A DNA stretch of 64,000 bases from Camelus ferus (taxonomy: Eukaryota). Every line of letters begins with the position of its first letter. Position 1 is the stretch's first letter. The notes beneath the pieces were generated by a model. That model was not told the origin of the DNA and did not search any database. It saw only the letters and a list, made by a program, of their open reading frames with translations. The stretch spans positions 14,324,001-14,388,000 of the forward strand of contig NC_045698.1 in NCBI RefSeq assembly GCF_009834535.1, written 5' to 3'. The position numbers and the translations under genes were made by a program. Positions 39,475 through 51,965 of this stretch are shown in pieces.

Positions 39475-39836
39475 CTGACATTGATGGATGTCATAACAAA
39501 ATACCACAGACTAGGTGGTTTAAACAACAGAAATGTATTTCCTTAATGTTCTGGAGGCTGGAAGTCCAGGATCAAGCTGTTGGCAGGTTTGGCTCCTGCT
39601 GAGCCCTCTCTCCTGGACTGGTACATGACTGACTCCCTCCTGTGTGTGTGTCTGTGTTCTAACCTCCTCTTCACATTAGGACACAGGTCATACTGGATTA
39701 GGGCCTGCCCAGGTGACCTCATTTTACCTTAATCACCACTTTAAAGGCCTTGTGTCCAAATACGGACACATTCTGAAGTACTATGGCTTAGGACTTAAAC
39801 ATAGGAATTTTAGGGGGACAATTTAGCCCCAAATAT
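39475..39836 (-). mobile_element. MLT1A/B-like MaLR LTR
   Basis: cataacaaaataccacagactaggtggtttaaacaacagaaatgtattt...ttctggaggctggaagtcc...gacctcattttacctt...acattctgaagtact. Confidence 0.92.
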
Positions 39837-40263
39837 CCCCCTTGTCAAAATACTGATTGGAATCTTCCCAATTATTTTCCTAAATCTTTCCCTCAAATAA
39901 GTGAGCTCATCCCTGGCCTCCTTGACTTTAGGCTCCATCTCCCCTAGAACCACACCTGGATCCTGCCTGCCTGGATTCTCCCAGCAGTGCCTCCCAAGGA
40001 CATATCTCTGGGGGAACTCCCTTTGCTTCCTTCTGTTATTGGCTTTTATAAATCTCTGTGCTCCTGGAATTATCATCCTTATCATGCAGCACAATCTTTA
40101 GGTGATAATCTAGTGGTTTCTTCGTTGGTGGTCTCAGACTGGCAGGGTTAAAAGCCACTCACTAGATTTCAAACCTCGGGGAACTTATTCAAACTCTCTA
40201 TGCCTCAGTTTCCTCATTATAAAGGGAATTGACAATTTCCTCAAATGTATTTAATGAGAAATA

Positions 40264-41579
40264 CAGTTGACCTTTGAACAACATGGGCTTGAGCTGCACA
40301 GGTCTACTTTTACCTAGATGTTTTTCAGTAAATATTACAGTACTACACAATCGATGGTTGGCTTAATCCAAGAATGCAGAATCCCAGATAAGGACGGCCA
40401 ACTGTAAAACTTGAGCATCCTCAGATTCTGATATCTGTGACTGGTCCTAGAACCAATCTCCTGCTGAAGAAACCAAGCAGAACCCTGTGTCCGACCTCAC
40501 CCTTCAAGTACAAAGGCCCCTCCATGTTCCCTGCCTCTTATTTGCAAAAAACCTGGTGTCTCCCAGGCCTCCCTGAGTCACAAAAAAGCATGCCCAAGCA
40601 GTCAATGATTAGGACAACAGAGTCACAGACTCAGTCTGATGCATATTCCTCAGTTGTTTTACAGGTACTATAACTGCCACCAGAGGGAAAAAGCCAAGTG
40701 CATGATGGCCAGACTGCAGCCATGACATAAGCTGCTCCATCTTGAGCAGGACTGAGGCTATGGACAGCACAATGCCAAAAACAAGCCTCAAGAGAACGGG
40801 ATTGACATTACTGATCATAATAATCTATATCTTTATGGAGATCAAAATAATTGTAGCTTACTCTGCCCATATTTGTAAGCGGGCAACTGAAGTTGTCAGC
40901 AAAGAAATGCTACAGACCCATGACAACATCTTCCACTCTGAGAATATGATGCCCAATATCAGCATAAAGAAGTTACAGAAGATAAACCCTCACCCCCCAA
41001 TCCCACAGAAATGGAACGATATCTGGCAAGTGAGGATTTGCAAGCAGTTATTTTGCCTCATTTCTGTTTGTCTATTTCTCTTCCCCTTAAACCTTAATTA
41101 TAAAAATGAAATCACTAGGTAACATTTAACCTAACTCCTGACTCACGCTCTACTAAATGCACACAATACCTTGCTTAACTTATTAGTTCATTCCCTAGAC
41201 TGAAAGAAATAGGAATGAAGAATTAAAGAATGACTAATTCTCTACCCCCAGAACGCCTCTCAGCAATCTTGCAGGCAGACCACATGGGCGAGATAATGTC
41301 TTAAGACCGCGAGGAGTCAGCCAGCCTGCATACAATGGAAAATGACACAGAGCTTGACCTCCTTCCTTGATGATTCACTGAGATTCTTCCCTCCTTTTCT
41401 CTCTAAAAAGTCCATGCTGAGCAGAATCTTTGGAGTTGATCTTGGGGCATGAGTTTGCCTTCTCCCCAGATTGCCAGCTTTCTGATTAAAGCAACTTTCT
41501 TTCGACCAACACTTTCCTCTCAAGTATGGGCTTGAGAGGAAACCCTGAGTTTGGTTACACTGATACTGAGAGACAACTG
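40264..41579 (-). mobile_element. MER8-like Tigger MITE, interrupted by an LTR
   Basis: TA|cagttgacctttgaacaacatggg...gtcctagaaccaatctcctg [LTR] ctgatactgagagacaactg|TA; TA duplication on both sides. Confidence 0.8.
40465..41559 (+). mobile_element. ~1.1-kb ERV1-type solo LTR
   Basis: Starts tgaagaaaccaagcagaaccctg, has ATTAAA near 41485, ends gagtttggttaca; splits the MER8-like element with ctga at both junctions. Confidence 0.75.
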
Positions 41580-42326
41580 TAAATTACAATAAACCGTGCT
41601 GATTACTTAGAAAAGTATCTAGCACTTAGTAAGTTGTGAGCAAGTGTTAGCTGTTATGACTCATCAAATCTTCCATCTGCCTCCATAGACTATTACTTTC
41701 ATGAAGGGGAAAAGGAGGTTTGCTGTGCTCAGGCCTGTAGCCCTGATGCCCTGTATGGGGCTTCTATACACTATGTGTCCAATATATACTGTTGAACTGA
41801 ATAATGACCCAGGCGTAGGGCAATCTGGCTCTTTATGTTTAGAATGAGCATAGTAACTGGAACTAGTTCCAAAAACAACACAACAACAAAGAAAGAGTTT
41901 AGGAGTGCAGGTTACAGTAAACATCTCTTGACTAGAAAGAATTGCTATTGAGAAATGCCCTGGGGGAGAGACATAGTCATTATATAGAAAAGACCCCCTT
42001 TTATTTGCATCTCAGCTCCAGCAGGCACATTGGGAAGAATAGCCAAGACTTGAGTATAAAAAAGATGTAAATTGATAAAGGCTTTACATTTAAACAGTAG
42101 ACCTAAATGTCGACACTATACAGCCTAAAACAGTAGAACACTGCCTGTGCTGAACTGGCTGCCTGGCTTGGCAAATACCTACTCAACACGTGCCTTTCAT
42201 CCAGACCCTCTCAAGCCAGGTCCCACTAAGCCTGTATACCGCTTTTGAAGGCTAGGCTGGAAAGGCTTTTTGAGTTTCTTTTCTTATTTCTTAGTATGAT
42301 AATTGAGGAGGCAGTTATCTTAGTGC

Positions 42327-42360
42327 TGTTTTGTTTTGTTTTGTTTTGTTTTGTTTTTGT
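42327..42360. repeat. (TGTTT)n microsatellite
   Basis: Direct read. Confidence 0.9.
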
Positions 42361-42578
42361 AAAAACAAAAAGATTGTTTTCTTAAGGACTTAATTATTCA
42401 CCTCCTGCTTTTGCTCCTTTCCCACTTCAAAGGGCTTTCTGAATAATAAAGAATTTTTTTAGAATGAAAAAAGAAAGACTTTTGGGTTTTTTTTAGACAC
42501 TTAGAAATGCAAAACTGATAAAGTCACTTGAAACTAGAGGCTTGTATTAGAAGGTGAAGAAACCTTTTGTTTTGTTTC

Positions 42579-43142
42579 TGAAGGAGAGCAGAATTTGTCA
42601 CCTCAAAAATATGCTTCTTTGGCATATGGATTATCTTAGGCTGATTATTTTTGAGAAATAGCAGACACAGGGAAGCTCTCAATACCGAATAGAAGCTACA
42701 CTTTGTAGGAGATATTTACATTTATTTATGAGGGAAATCTTCCTTTGCAAGGTTTTTCCCTTCCAGAACCAGGAAAAGAAGGATGACTAAACCCTAAAAA
42801 TTCTTATCAATAAAGAAAGTAACTGTCTTAAATCCACATAAAAACTGTACCCCCCTTTACTGTGCTTTACCTGATAACCTCCTATAGCTTCCTCCATCAC
42901 CTACCCTGCCCCTATCCCTGCCCTAAGATCTTTTCTCGCCTTTAGCTGGAGGTGGTATTTAAAGTAAAGGATAAGGCTATTTTAGCAAATTATTTTTTCT
43001 GGGTCTCTCCCATGTATACAGGAGTTACACGTGTTATTAATCTTCTGTTGGTTCTTCTTATGTTAATGTCTTTTTCTTACAGGGAGGATCTCAGACAACA
43101 ACCCAGAACAGTAGAGGAAAAATTAGTTTTTCCTCCCCTATA
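42579..43142 (+). mobile_element. MER34-family ERV1 solo LTR
   Basis: tgaaggagagcagaatttgtcacctcaaaaatatgcttctttggcatatggattat...tagaggaaaaattagtttttcctcccctata matches MER34-type termini. Confidence 0.85.
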
Positions 43143-44439
43143 TCTTTTAGTATTATTATATAATGTAGATAATTAGGTTGGGATCATCATTAAGTGAGAG
43201 AGAGAGAGGGAGAGATCACGGCAAGCATATATGTTACCTCTCAATCTTTAGACTTTCTCCTGGTGAGGTTGCCATGGACATATCTTTGGGGAAACAAATA
43301 ATGTATTTTCCAGCACCGAAGCTTAGAAATGTGAGAATTTCTCCTACATGGAACCCATATGTGAATACTTATCTACCAAATTATATGATGTACAAAATTA
43401 ATGCTTGCTTACTTTTGTTCTTGTTAACCTTGGATTAACTATAGACATATGTGCTAGAGTTTCCACTTAACAAAATCTACCAAATGATAGCCATGGGTGC
43501 TTTTAACCATTTGGCCTACATTTTAGTAATTATACCATTTTAGTTACACTTGAAAATACTAAATGTCTTTTCAAGGATTACTTCAATGACCTTTAGAAAT
43601 GTGTTTTATGAATATGAAATATGAGACCAACATCTTTAGCTAATATTTATATTAATTTCACATGCAAGAAAGTGGTGGAATAATGAAAAATAATCGAGAA
43701 TCTGCAACATTGAAAATGCATTTGTATTTTTCCTTATGAAATCTATTTATTCACAGCAAAGCAGAAAGATGTTTACAAAAGTTATCTTCCTTAGAATAAA
43801 AGCCTAAATTGCATGCAGATTTGCCTTTTAATTTTTTTCCAGTACTTTGATGTCTCAAATTAAGAATAAAAGATTCCTATTTTTATTAATTAGCAGCTAA
43901 CAATTGGGTTATGTCATTAATTTTTTTTAATCTCTTTTGGTCATTATTTTCAAGTGCTTAAATACTAGCAAAATGGTTTCAAGCAATAATGATATTTACA
44001 TTAATTGTGGTTGAAACAATAGTGACAGTTTTCTTCTCTAATTCCCTCTATTTTATTAAACCATATATACAGTTTTCCTTTCTTGAGAAAAGAAACCAGC
44101 AAAGTACAGCTAATTTCTTACTTTTGTACATAAGATTTTTTTTTTCTCTTCCTTGATTCCAGGAACACTTGTGCTTTCTGCCTTGAATCAAAAGTTCAGA
44201 AGAACTCGTAGCTAATGTATAGACATTTTGTTTGGAAACAGGCTCAGTAAAGGAGATTCATTCAACAACATTTTTCTTTTCTTTTTTTGGACAGAATTAG
44301 ATAGACGTTCACCAGCAGTTTCTCTTCTTTAAGAGCATAGGGAAATTGCAATCTGCAAGCCACTTTTGCAGTTTGGGTGGGCCTATGTCACTATTACGAC
44401 GAAATCAATATGGACAGGAGTGATATAAAATTCTTCTAA

Positions 44440-44675
44440 TCCTGACCCTTAGAATCATTCTGCACATTCTGTATCTATCCAAACGTTGATGGCAAAGAAG
44501 TCCAAGATGGGGAAGCTGCTCAATGGAATACGCCTGTTTGCCTGAGTCACCCCTTGAAGGAAAGCTGTCCTAGAAGATAGGCTTATATACATCACCCTCC
44601 AAGGTGAGAAAGGAATATATTTCAAATAGATTAAACCATGGAGATATGGAGATTTATCTCTCTGCAGCTAACTAA
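44440..44675 (+). mobile_element. Old MLT1 (H-J-like) LTR 3' fragment
   Basis: gcctgagtcaccccttgaaggaaagctgtcc...ttaaaccatggagatatggagattt...tgcagc. Confidence 0.5.
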
Positions 44676-44832
44676 CTAATAAAGCGTTTGCTGCATGTTA
44701 GCCACTTTTCTAGAAGCTGTATGTTTACATATGGCGAAACAATCAGATAATTACCAGGTATATGGAAATAATGTAATATCTAAGCCTGAATTCACTAGTG
44801 CCCCTTGCTAAAAAATGCAGCCATTATAAATA

Positions 44833-45072
44833 CAGTTAACCCTTGAATAACGTGTGGTTAGGGGCCACAACCTTCCCTGCAGTCGAAAATCTGCGTACAA
44901 CTTACAGTTGGCCCTCAGTATCCATGAGTCCTCCTTATCCACAATCCATGGTTCCACATTCATGGATTCAACCAACTGTGGGTCATGTTGTACTGCAGTA
45001 TTTACCATTGAAAAAAACCTGTGTATAAGTGGACACACATAGTTCAAATCTGTGTTGTTCAAGGGTCAACTA
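44833..45072 (+). mobile_element. Tigger2-derived MITE (240 bp)
   Basis: TA|cagttaacccttgaataac...gttgttcaagggtcaacta|TA terminal inverted repeats with TA TSD. Confidence 0.92.
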
Positions 45073-45529
45073 TAATTAGAAGATTCAAGATCAGTTTCTC
45101 TCTATTATCAGAGCAACAGAGATTATAGTTAGTAGAGAATCGTAGTTATTTCTTACTTTAAAGGAAAAGGTAATTACTTAGGGTTGCATGGATAGTTATT
45201 AACTAAGAACTGAGTTCTTGCTCTGACAGGCAAAAAATTCAAATAGAACTTAGTGTCACAGAAATCACCTTAGTGAAGGAAATAGTTTACAGAAAATTTA
45301 TACTTGAAACTTTAACTGATGTTAACCTTTACCCCTTGTTATATTTGCTATAATTTTGACCTAAATATATTTTCTCTTAGGGCATGTTGCTATTCATTGA
45401 CATGGTAGTATATCATCAACACTCATATAATTAGCCAAATGTATGAAGAATTAATACTGCTTTACTGACTAGCTATAACTATAGTAAATTAGTAAATATG
45501 TAAGTATAATTTAATTATATTGTAATAGT

Positions 45530-46091
45530 TGTCTGGGAGGAAGAATTTTTCCTCTACCCTTCTAGGTTCTTCTGCATGGTCTAAGAACTAAATTGACATG
45601 AGAGAGATGAACAGGAGAAAAATCAAACAGAAGTTTAACAACATTTATACATGGAAGAGACTCAGGAGGACTAAGTAATTCACCAAGACAGCCAGTGCTC
45701 TCACCTTAAATACACTCTTCAGCTAAAAAACAAAAGAGGATGTCAAGGGATAGTGGTCTAGAACTTCAAAGGGGAGAGAGATAAATGACATGGAGATGGA
45801 TAAACAGATGTTTGTGAAACAAATGTTTGCTGCATGCAGGGACAATGGGACACACAGTGGACTCATCTCTAGGCTCTGCCAAGTTCTCCCCATCACACAT
45901 GCCCCAGATTCTTTGCAGGTATCTCTTTTGCTAGCTCTAGTCCTGGAACAGGCTCCCTGCCTAAATCTTTCCAGGCAGTTAGGGGGAAGATCAAAGTGTC
46001 TTTCTGAGTCTTTTGAGCCTCGATTACTTCCAGTTCAAAATGCTCTGTATGCCAAAGAGACAGCTTGGGGTGGCAAATTTTACTCTCTTAA
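45530..46091 (-). mobile_element. MER34/MER39-family ERV1 solo LTR
   Basis: Reverse complement starts ...aaatttgccaccccaagctgtctctttggcata and ends gggtagaggaaaaattcttcctcccagaca; flanks tagt/aagt. Confidence 0.8.
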
Positions 46092-47799
46092 AAGTTAATA
46101 TTAAAAAAAATAAAATTCTTCATCATGCAAATTATTTATATTCTCTCTCTCCCAACACACACATACATGCCTATGTCCTTTGTTGTTGGCTGAAATTTTG
46201 ATGATATAAAATTATACTTGTGGGAAATTTTCAAACTGAACTGTGGTTCAGGTACTGCAAATATTATTTTTAGCACAATTTGAAAATTTGCCGCAGGACT
46301 GAGAGTCCATTGTGATTAAATTCTTTCTATTGATTTTTTAAATCAAAATTCTTATGCAAAGCAGGCTGTGTTGCCTTAAAATAAGACATAATATAGTCAT
46401 TGGAGACTTGTTTCTTGTTCTTGGAGAACTCGTTTTTTTGTTCTTACAGCAAAAGTGAATACACATGTTTCTAATATGCTAATGATATTTTAACAAATTC
46501 TTCATTTTGGTAAATAGTAATATTTTAAAAGATTTTATTTCAGAATGCTCCTGAATTCCAAGTCATTGAAAGAATTATATGCACACTCCCCAATCTTGTA
46601 CCCTCTTATTTTCAGCCAACATATTAGTCCTTAGTTTTTCTCTTTTGTTTTCGATCTGTAAAAAAAAAAAAAGTGTTTTCAGTTTGCAACTTTATTTAAA
46701 GCCCTTTGTATTCAAAACATGCAACATTTCTCTCCCCACCTCAAAACAAAAACAACAAACCATTTCACACTTCTCCTGGCAGAATGATTGCATTCTGATG
46801 CCAAGTGTCTGATTTCAGAATTTAGCTGTGATACACAAGGCATGACAATAAAGTAATGAGAATGGCTTTAAGAAATGTAGCTCTTGTAGCTCTGATCAAA
46901 GTATTTCAATAAAAGGCATTTCAAAAAATGTCATTAGCAATTGCAGCCTCGTGGGTTAGCTAGAAAATAATAAGGTCAGTGCAAAAGCTTTCATGAAGCT
47001 TTCCTGTCAAAACAGTAAGAGAAATAAGAACTTACGTAAGACACATCAATAATCACAATATTAATTTCTGAGGGAAATATTTAAGACGGGAGTAGAAGTT
47101 GGAGCAGCCAGTCCAGAGAGAAGCTGAGAACATATACAGACAGGAGATGCAGGAAACAGGGAGATGGTCAATGTAGAACGAGTTTAATGAGAAGAAATTT
47201 AGGTAAAAAGAAACTTTTTAAAGAGAGTTTTCCAAAATTCTTCTCATATGTTATATATGTATGATATAATCTTGATGTTTTCCCCTAGAAAGGTCTTTAG
47301 TTAAGAGCTAAATTATTATTAATGGCTGCTTGGAATTGCATTGTCTCATTTTGGTTTGTTCCTGCTTGATTTTGTTGTTGTTTTACATTGTTTTAGAAGC
47401 ATCCATGTGTTGTACATCCTCTAAGTGGGGAGCTCTTGGCTCCAGCTATATTCAAGATGGTCAACTAATCCATTATTTGAATCAAGAAGAGTAGAAGTTG
47501 TAGCAGCCATTCTGACAAATAATCTGTTTCTAAAAAATAACCTTGAGTATTTTTAGAAATAAAGAATATCACCCCAATTTGCACCCCCAGCCCAACAGTA
47601 TAATAGTCCTGGGGTGGTATTAAACAACCCTTCCTCCGCTGCTGTCACCCCAACCTGCTATCAAAATATAATTCGAAGAACAAAGAGAAACCACAAGAAG
47701 ATCATTGCAAAACCCTTGTGCAGTTAGAGGTTTGGACAAAGATAAACTCAGAGGAATCTTCTGCTAAAGAGGGTCTTTCTAATGAATATTCTGGGATCA

Positions 47800-48720
47800 T
47801 TTAAATTCAACATTAAGAATGAAGATGATTATTCAGCACCAGCCACTGCTTTAGGTGCTCTGATATGACAGAGAACAAACCAGACCAAGTTCTACTCTTA
47901 TGGAATTTTCTTTCCCATTAGAGAAATTCTAAACAATAAACAAATGCAGAAACGAGTATCTTGTAAGTTGCAGGAGGATATGGGTATAAAGTAGTAAGAC
48001 ACTTGGTAAAGCGTGACGATGGAGTTAGTGGTGGAAGTCAGGGAACTAAAAGGAATGAGGCAGGGAGCCTTGCAGATGTGAAAAACCAATTAAGAGAAAC
48101 CTCAATTACATAGAGTTGGGATACCAGAGGGGGAGCTCCCCTACTTTGCTACCAAAGCAGAGCCCCACGGGAAGAAGGAAGACTCCTCTTCTTTCCTGGC
48201 AAGAACTCAGCTGGTGAAGAACCATGACTCTTTGTTGACCGCGGACCTCCCAACTGACTTGTCCTCTCCGTAAAAGTGCTCCCCTTCCCTGGCCTTCAGG
48301 GCCTTGCGTGTGGCTCACCACGGTGGGAGACCCTGAATTCCAATTTCCTACTGATTCTGGATAACTCCATCTTTGCTGGAGAAATATCTGGTGGCCTATT
48401 TATTTCCGGTCAACACAGGCATGTAGAGTATGGTCAAAGCACACAGAAGTAGCAACAAGAGGTCGGCAGGTTATGAGAACATGGAGGAATTCAGGGTAGA
48501 CGGGGTGTAATGGAAAAAAACGGGAGACTGATGCAAGGAGAGGAAATTGAGGCAGCGGATCACACTGACCTGGTATGCCAGGCTCAGGGCTTTCACACTT
48601 AGTGACCTTCAGGCTTTTAAAGAGAAGAGTGAACTGAATTGGATTAACCCTTAGAAGGATTGTTCTGAGTGCAACAGCTTAGGGGAGGTCAAGTTAGAAG
48701 AAGGAGGTTCAGTTTTTATA
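47800..48720 (-). mobile_element. L2 LINE, interrupted by an LTR
   Basis: cactgctttaggtgct...gagaacaaaccagaccaagtt...aaaggaatgaggcagggagccttgcaga [LTR] caggcatgtagag...ggattgttctgagtgc. Confidence 0.6.
48077..48415 (+). mobile_element. ~340-bp ERV1-type solo LTR
   Basis: tgtgaaaaacc...atctttgctggagaaatatctgg...ttccggtcaaca; TG...CA termini, flanks caga/cagg. Confidence 0.75.
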
Positions 48721-49397
48721 GCTCAACAGATGGGAAAACACTTTACATTTTGCTAATAACAGCACAACTAACCCACTTTAATTTTATCTTTCTAAATTAC
48801 TTATTTTCTAATATTCCATGAAATTAATGGTTGCCGGAAACTCAGCAGAAAAGTGACAAAAAAGAAATGATACATTCATTTTGACTTGACAAATGGGAGA
48901 AGATAAAATACTGCCTGCATTTCACTCAAGCCCACACTTGGAAATGGGAATTTAATGGAGAAAATGAGCTGTTCAGCTACAGATCTGAAAAACCATTTTG
49001 GCAGAGAAATCAGCAACTTTTCCAGAAGGAAAGGTAGCTGTGGAACTGTTTATAAAAATAGAATAAGAAAAAGAAATATGTTTTAAACACTATTAAATTG
49101 GACCTGAAAAATAAAACCTTTTAAACATACCTAGATTTTGCTAAAATCATATGTCACTTGGAGAAAAGCTTTTTTTTTCCCTTAATGACTGGTTTCTTAG
49201 TACAGTACAGTAGAAGGGTATCTGATTTGATTTCTTTTCAACTTTATCATTTAATCAAATATATCTTACACTTAAATTTATAGGCATAATACTGAAGCAT
49301 AACTAACAAGTCTTTTATACTCATGTTTACCTCTGAAGCCATCAGTTCATACTTCTTCCAAATAGGCTTACCAATTAAAGCACAAAACATCATTCTC

Positions 49398-49438
49398 TGA
49401 TTTGACCTCTTTTTTTTTTTTTGATTTGACCTCATTTT
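49398..49438 (-). mobile_element. Poly(A)-only insertion with target-site duplication
   Basis: tgatttgacctc - T12 - tgatttgacctc; minus strand begins tt|aaaa. Confidence 0.55.
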
Positions 49439-50112
49439 AAATTATTTGCAGTGATAAACAAGACATACCAAGAAAAATGAAATGTGACTAATTTCCCCTC
49501 AATTACTTCTAAAAAGCAACTTCAATCAAAAGCTGGAGGTGGAAAATATGCTTCATCTTAATGAGATTTTATTAAGATTACTTGTTTACTTGTGCCAGTC
49601 AAATTTGACCTTTATAATACAGTATTTGTTTAGATCTAGTGGAGATAAATTGAGTGCACTGATTCTAAATTGAAGATCTATTAAGTAATAAGTAGGATGT
49701 AGTTTTATAATCACCTTCAGGTTATAAACAACATTTACCACAAGATCAAAACATGTTGACTTAGAAGAAGCAAATGCAAATTAAAATGGGAGAGATTTTA
49801 GAAATTCAGTGAAGAGAATTACAAGCTCTGATGCAATTAAGAATTTTTAAATATGTCTAGTTTCTTTTGATTAACTGGTGATTATTATCTAGAATACTTA
49901 TCCAACAAAACGTTTATGGCATTTCATGAAACACATTGAAGCATTTTTGGTTTAGTAGGTAACAATATTTAAGCCACAGGTATTTAGATTTCTTTAAGGA
50001 ATAACTAGAATGATCACCAGTTTTTTCCTTGCGCTTTTGGTTTTTAATTTACTATTTGAAGTGAAGGAAAATAAATGTTTCTCCTCTGATGTCAAGTTTG
50101 AGGCCACAGGAA

Positions 50113-50146
50113 ATGTGCGTGTGTGTGTGTGTGCGCGCACGCGCGT
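50113..50146. repeat. Alternating purine-pyrimidine tract, (TG)n/(CG)n
   Basis: atgtgcgt(gt)n gcgcgcacgcgcgt, direct read. Confidence 0.9.
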
Positions 50147-51869
50147 TGAGAGTGTATGTTAATAGGACTGTTGCTAATTCCTCTGTAATCCTAATTCATT
50201 ATTTTATGCAAATAATTCCCAGAAACGATCATCTTATTAAGAATTAGAAAAAATGAATGTCATCATTATAGGGTGGTATGTCAGCAAGTTGAAAAAGTAT
50301 AACACTATATTAGAAATGAAGTCATAGGAAAGTTTTGTAAGATTATTTTATTATAAAATATTTTTTGGAAAAATTAATGTTGAGAGACTAAAGCAATTAT
50401 GTGATGGTACTCCAATTGTGTTTAAGAGACAATTTAAATAATATGAACAGAAGGGTTCATGTCAAATACTTAGAGGTGTCTATTAACTATTCTTGAAATA
50501 GCTTTACTTGCATTTTTTATAAATATAAAGAGAAGTAGATTTTTAAACACTACCATTTCACTATTTAATGTAGCTTCTGTGAAATATTTACTAAATGTAC
50601 CTGTTTTAATAATAAAATTTTAAAAATATTTGGAAATCTAAACTAACTCCATGTCAACTTTAAGATAACATCCAAACAATTTAGTATGTTACTCAAGGCT
50701 TCTGTGTACCTCTCTAGAATTGTCTTCTAAAATTTACAAGTAGTACCATCATATTGATTAAAGTATAGTTTAAAAATATAAATAAAAATATGAAGCTAAA
50801 AAAAAAGTTTCTATCTTTAAACTTTTGTTTCTCAAGGGAAAAATGCACTTTCTTGTCTTCCCATGTGACTAGTGGCTCAGACTGCTAAGTCCTTCAATTC
50901 TTCAATACTGCAAGCAAATATAACCATACCATCCCAGGTGGAACTACTTAGCCTCTCCATATTGTTCCACCCTGAGCTGAGTACACACACCGGGTTCCAG
51001 AGTGCACTGTCTGACAATTATTTGTGTTGTAATAATCATTTTCCCCTTTTACATACTAAACATTAATTTATAATTATCCAATGAACAAATCAATCAATAA
51101 ATGATCAGTAGAGAGCTCTCAAATATTGTATGAGACTATTTCTCACACCTATGCTCTACATACTGGGATCACAATGTCTCAATTTGAGATTGGAAATGAT
51201 CAGATATCCACCTCCGTTCTGAAGCATCACTGCACGTGGCCTCCCATTTCTGATCCTGTAAATACTCTGGCAGAGTCCATGAAAATCGGGAGCATTGGCT
51301 TATACTTCTGGACCAATTTAATTATTAGGAAAAACTTCCCTTTGCTGAAATCACTTCACTTTTGTCTCTACACTGCTTTGAAACAAAATTTGAGACAAGG
51401 TTTTGCAGTTCAACTGGTTCCTTCAACACTGAGATATCTCCTTTATATACATGAGGGCATTTCTTAAGCATACCTGAAACACATCTGTGATAGATATCCC
51501 TGCGCAGTGTCCTTCCACTCAACAACTGAATTAATAGCCCTATCATCAATTTACTCAATTTGAACTCTAACCACAGTTTAAATATCTGTTTATGAGTCTT
51601 ATCTGTCTTACTTAAGTTTGGTCTTCACTAAAGCTCCAGAAAAATACTCCATCTCTCTCTCTATTTTTCTATATGTCTATCTCTCTTTCTATCCATCATC
51701 TATCTACTGATCATCAGTCTATTGAAAGAATCATTGAATAGATGAAGTCAGAGAGAAAATGGACAGAAATTGTAAGATGCAGAAGAGCATATATTAACTT
51801 TTTTAAGGCAAAATATGTTAATAGAAAACTAGGTTAATTTACAGTAAACCAAAGCATGAGCTTTAAGCA

Positions 51870-51965
51870 AATATTCATTCTTTAACTAAACATTTATTTC
51901 ACAACTACTACTATGCCAGACACTGAGCTAGATGCTGTTGATAAATCAGGGAAAGAACCTCATAT
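51870..51965 (-). mobile_element. L2 3' end remnant
   Basis: ttcattctttaactaaacatttatt...ctactatgccagacactgagctagatgctg. Confidence 0.6.

Larger units (their letters stand above)
40130..41660 (+). mobile_element. MIR split by nested insertions (5' part ~40130-40261, 3' part ~41582-41660)
   Basis: ctctatgcctcagtttcctcat before the nest; cttagaaaagtatctagcacttagtaag...aagtgttagctgttat after it. Confidence 0.65.

Noticed and set aside
43268..43281. RFX X-box-like GTTGCCATGGACAT
   Set aside because: The second half-site is degenerate and there is no promoter or CpG-island context
46237..46250. 14-mer matching the reverse complement of the 9391 repeat unit
   Set aside because: Several 14-mer matches are expected by chance in a window this size; no flanking similarity
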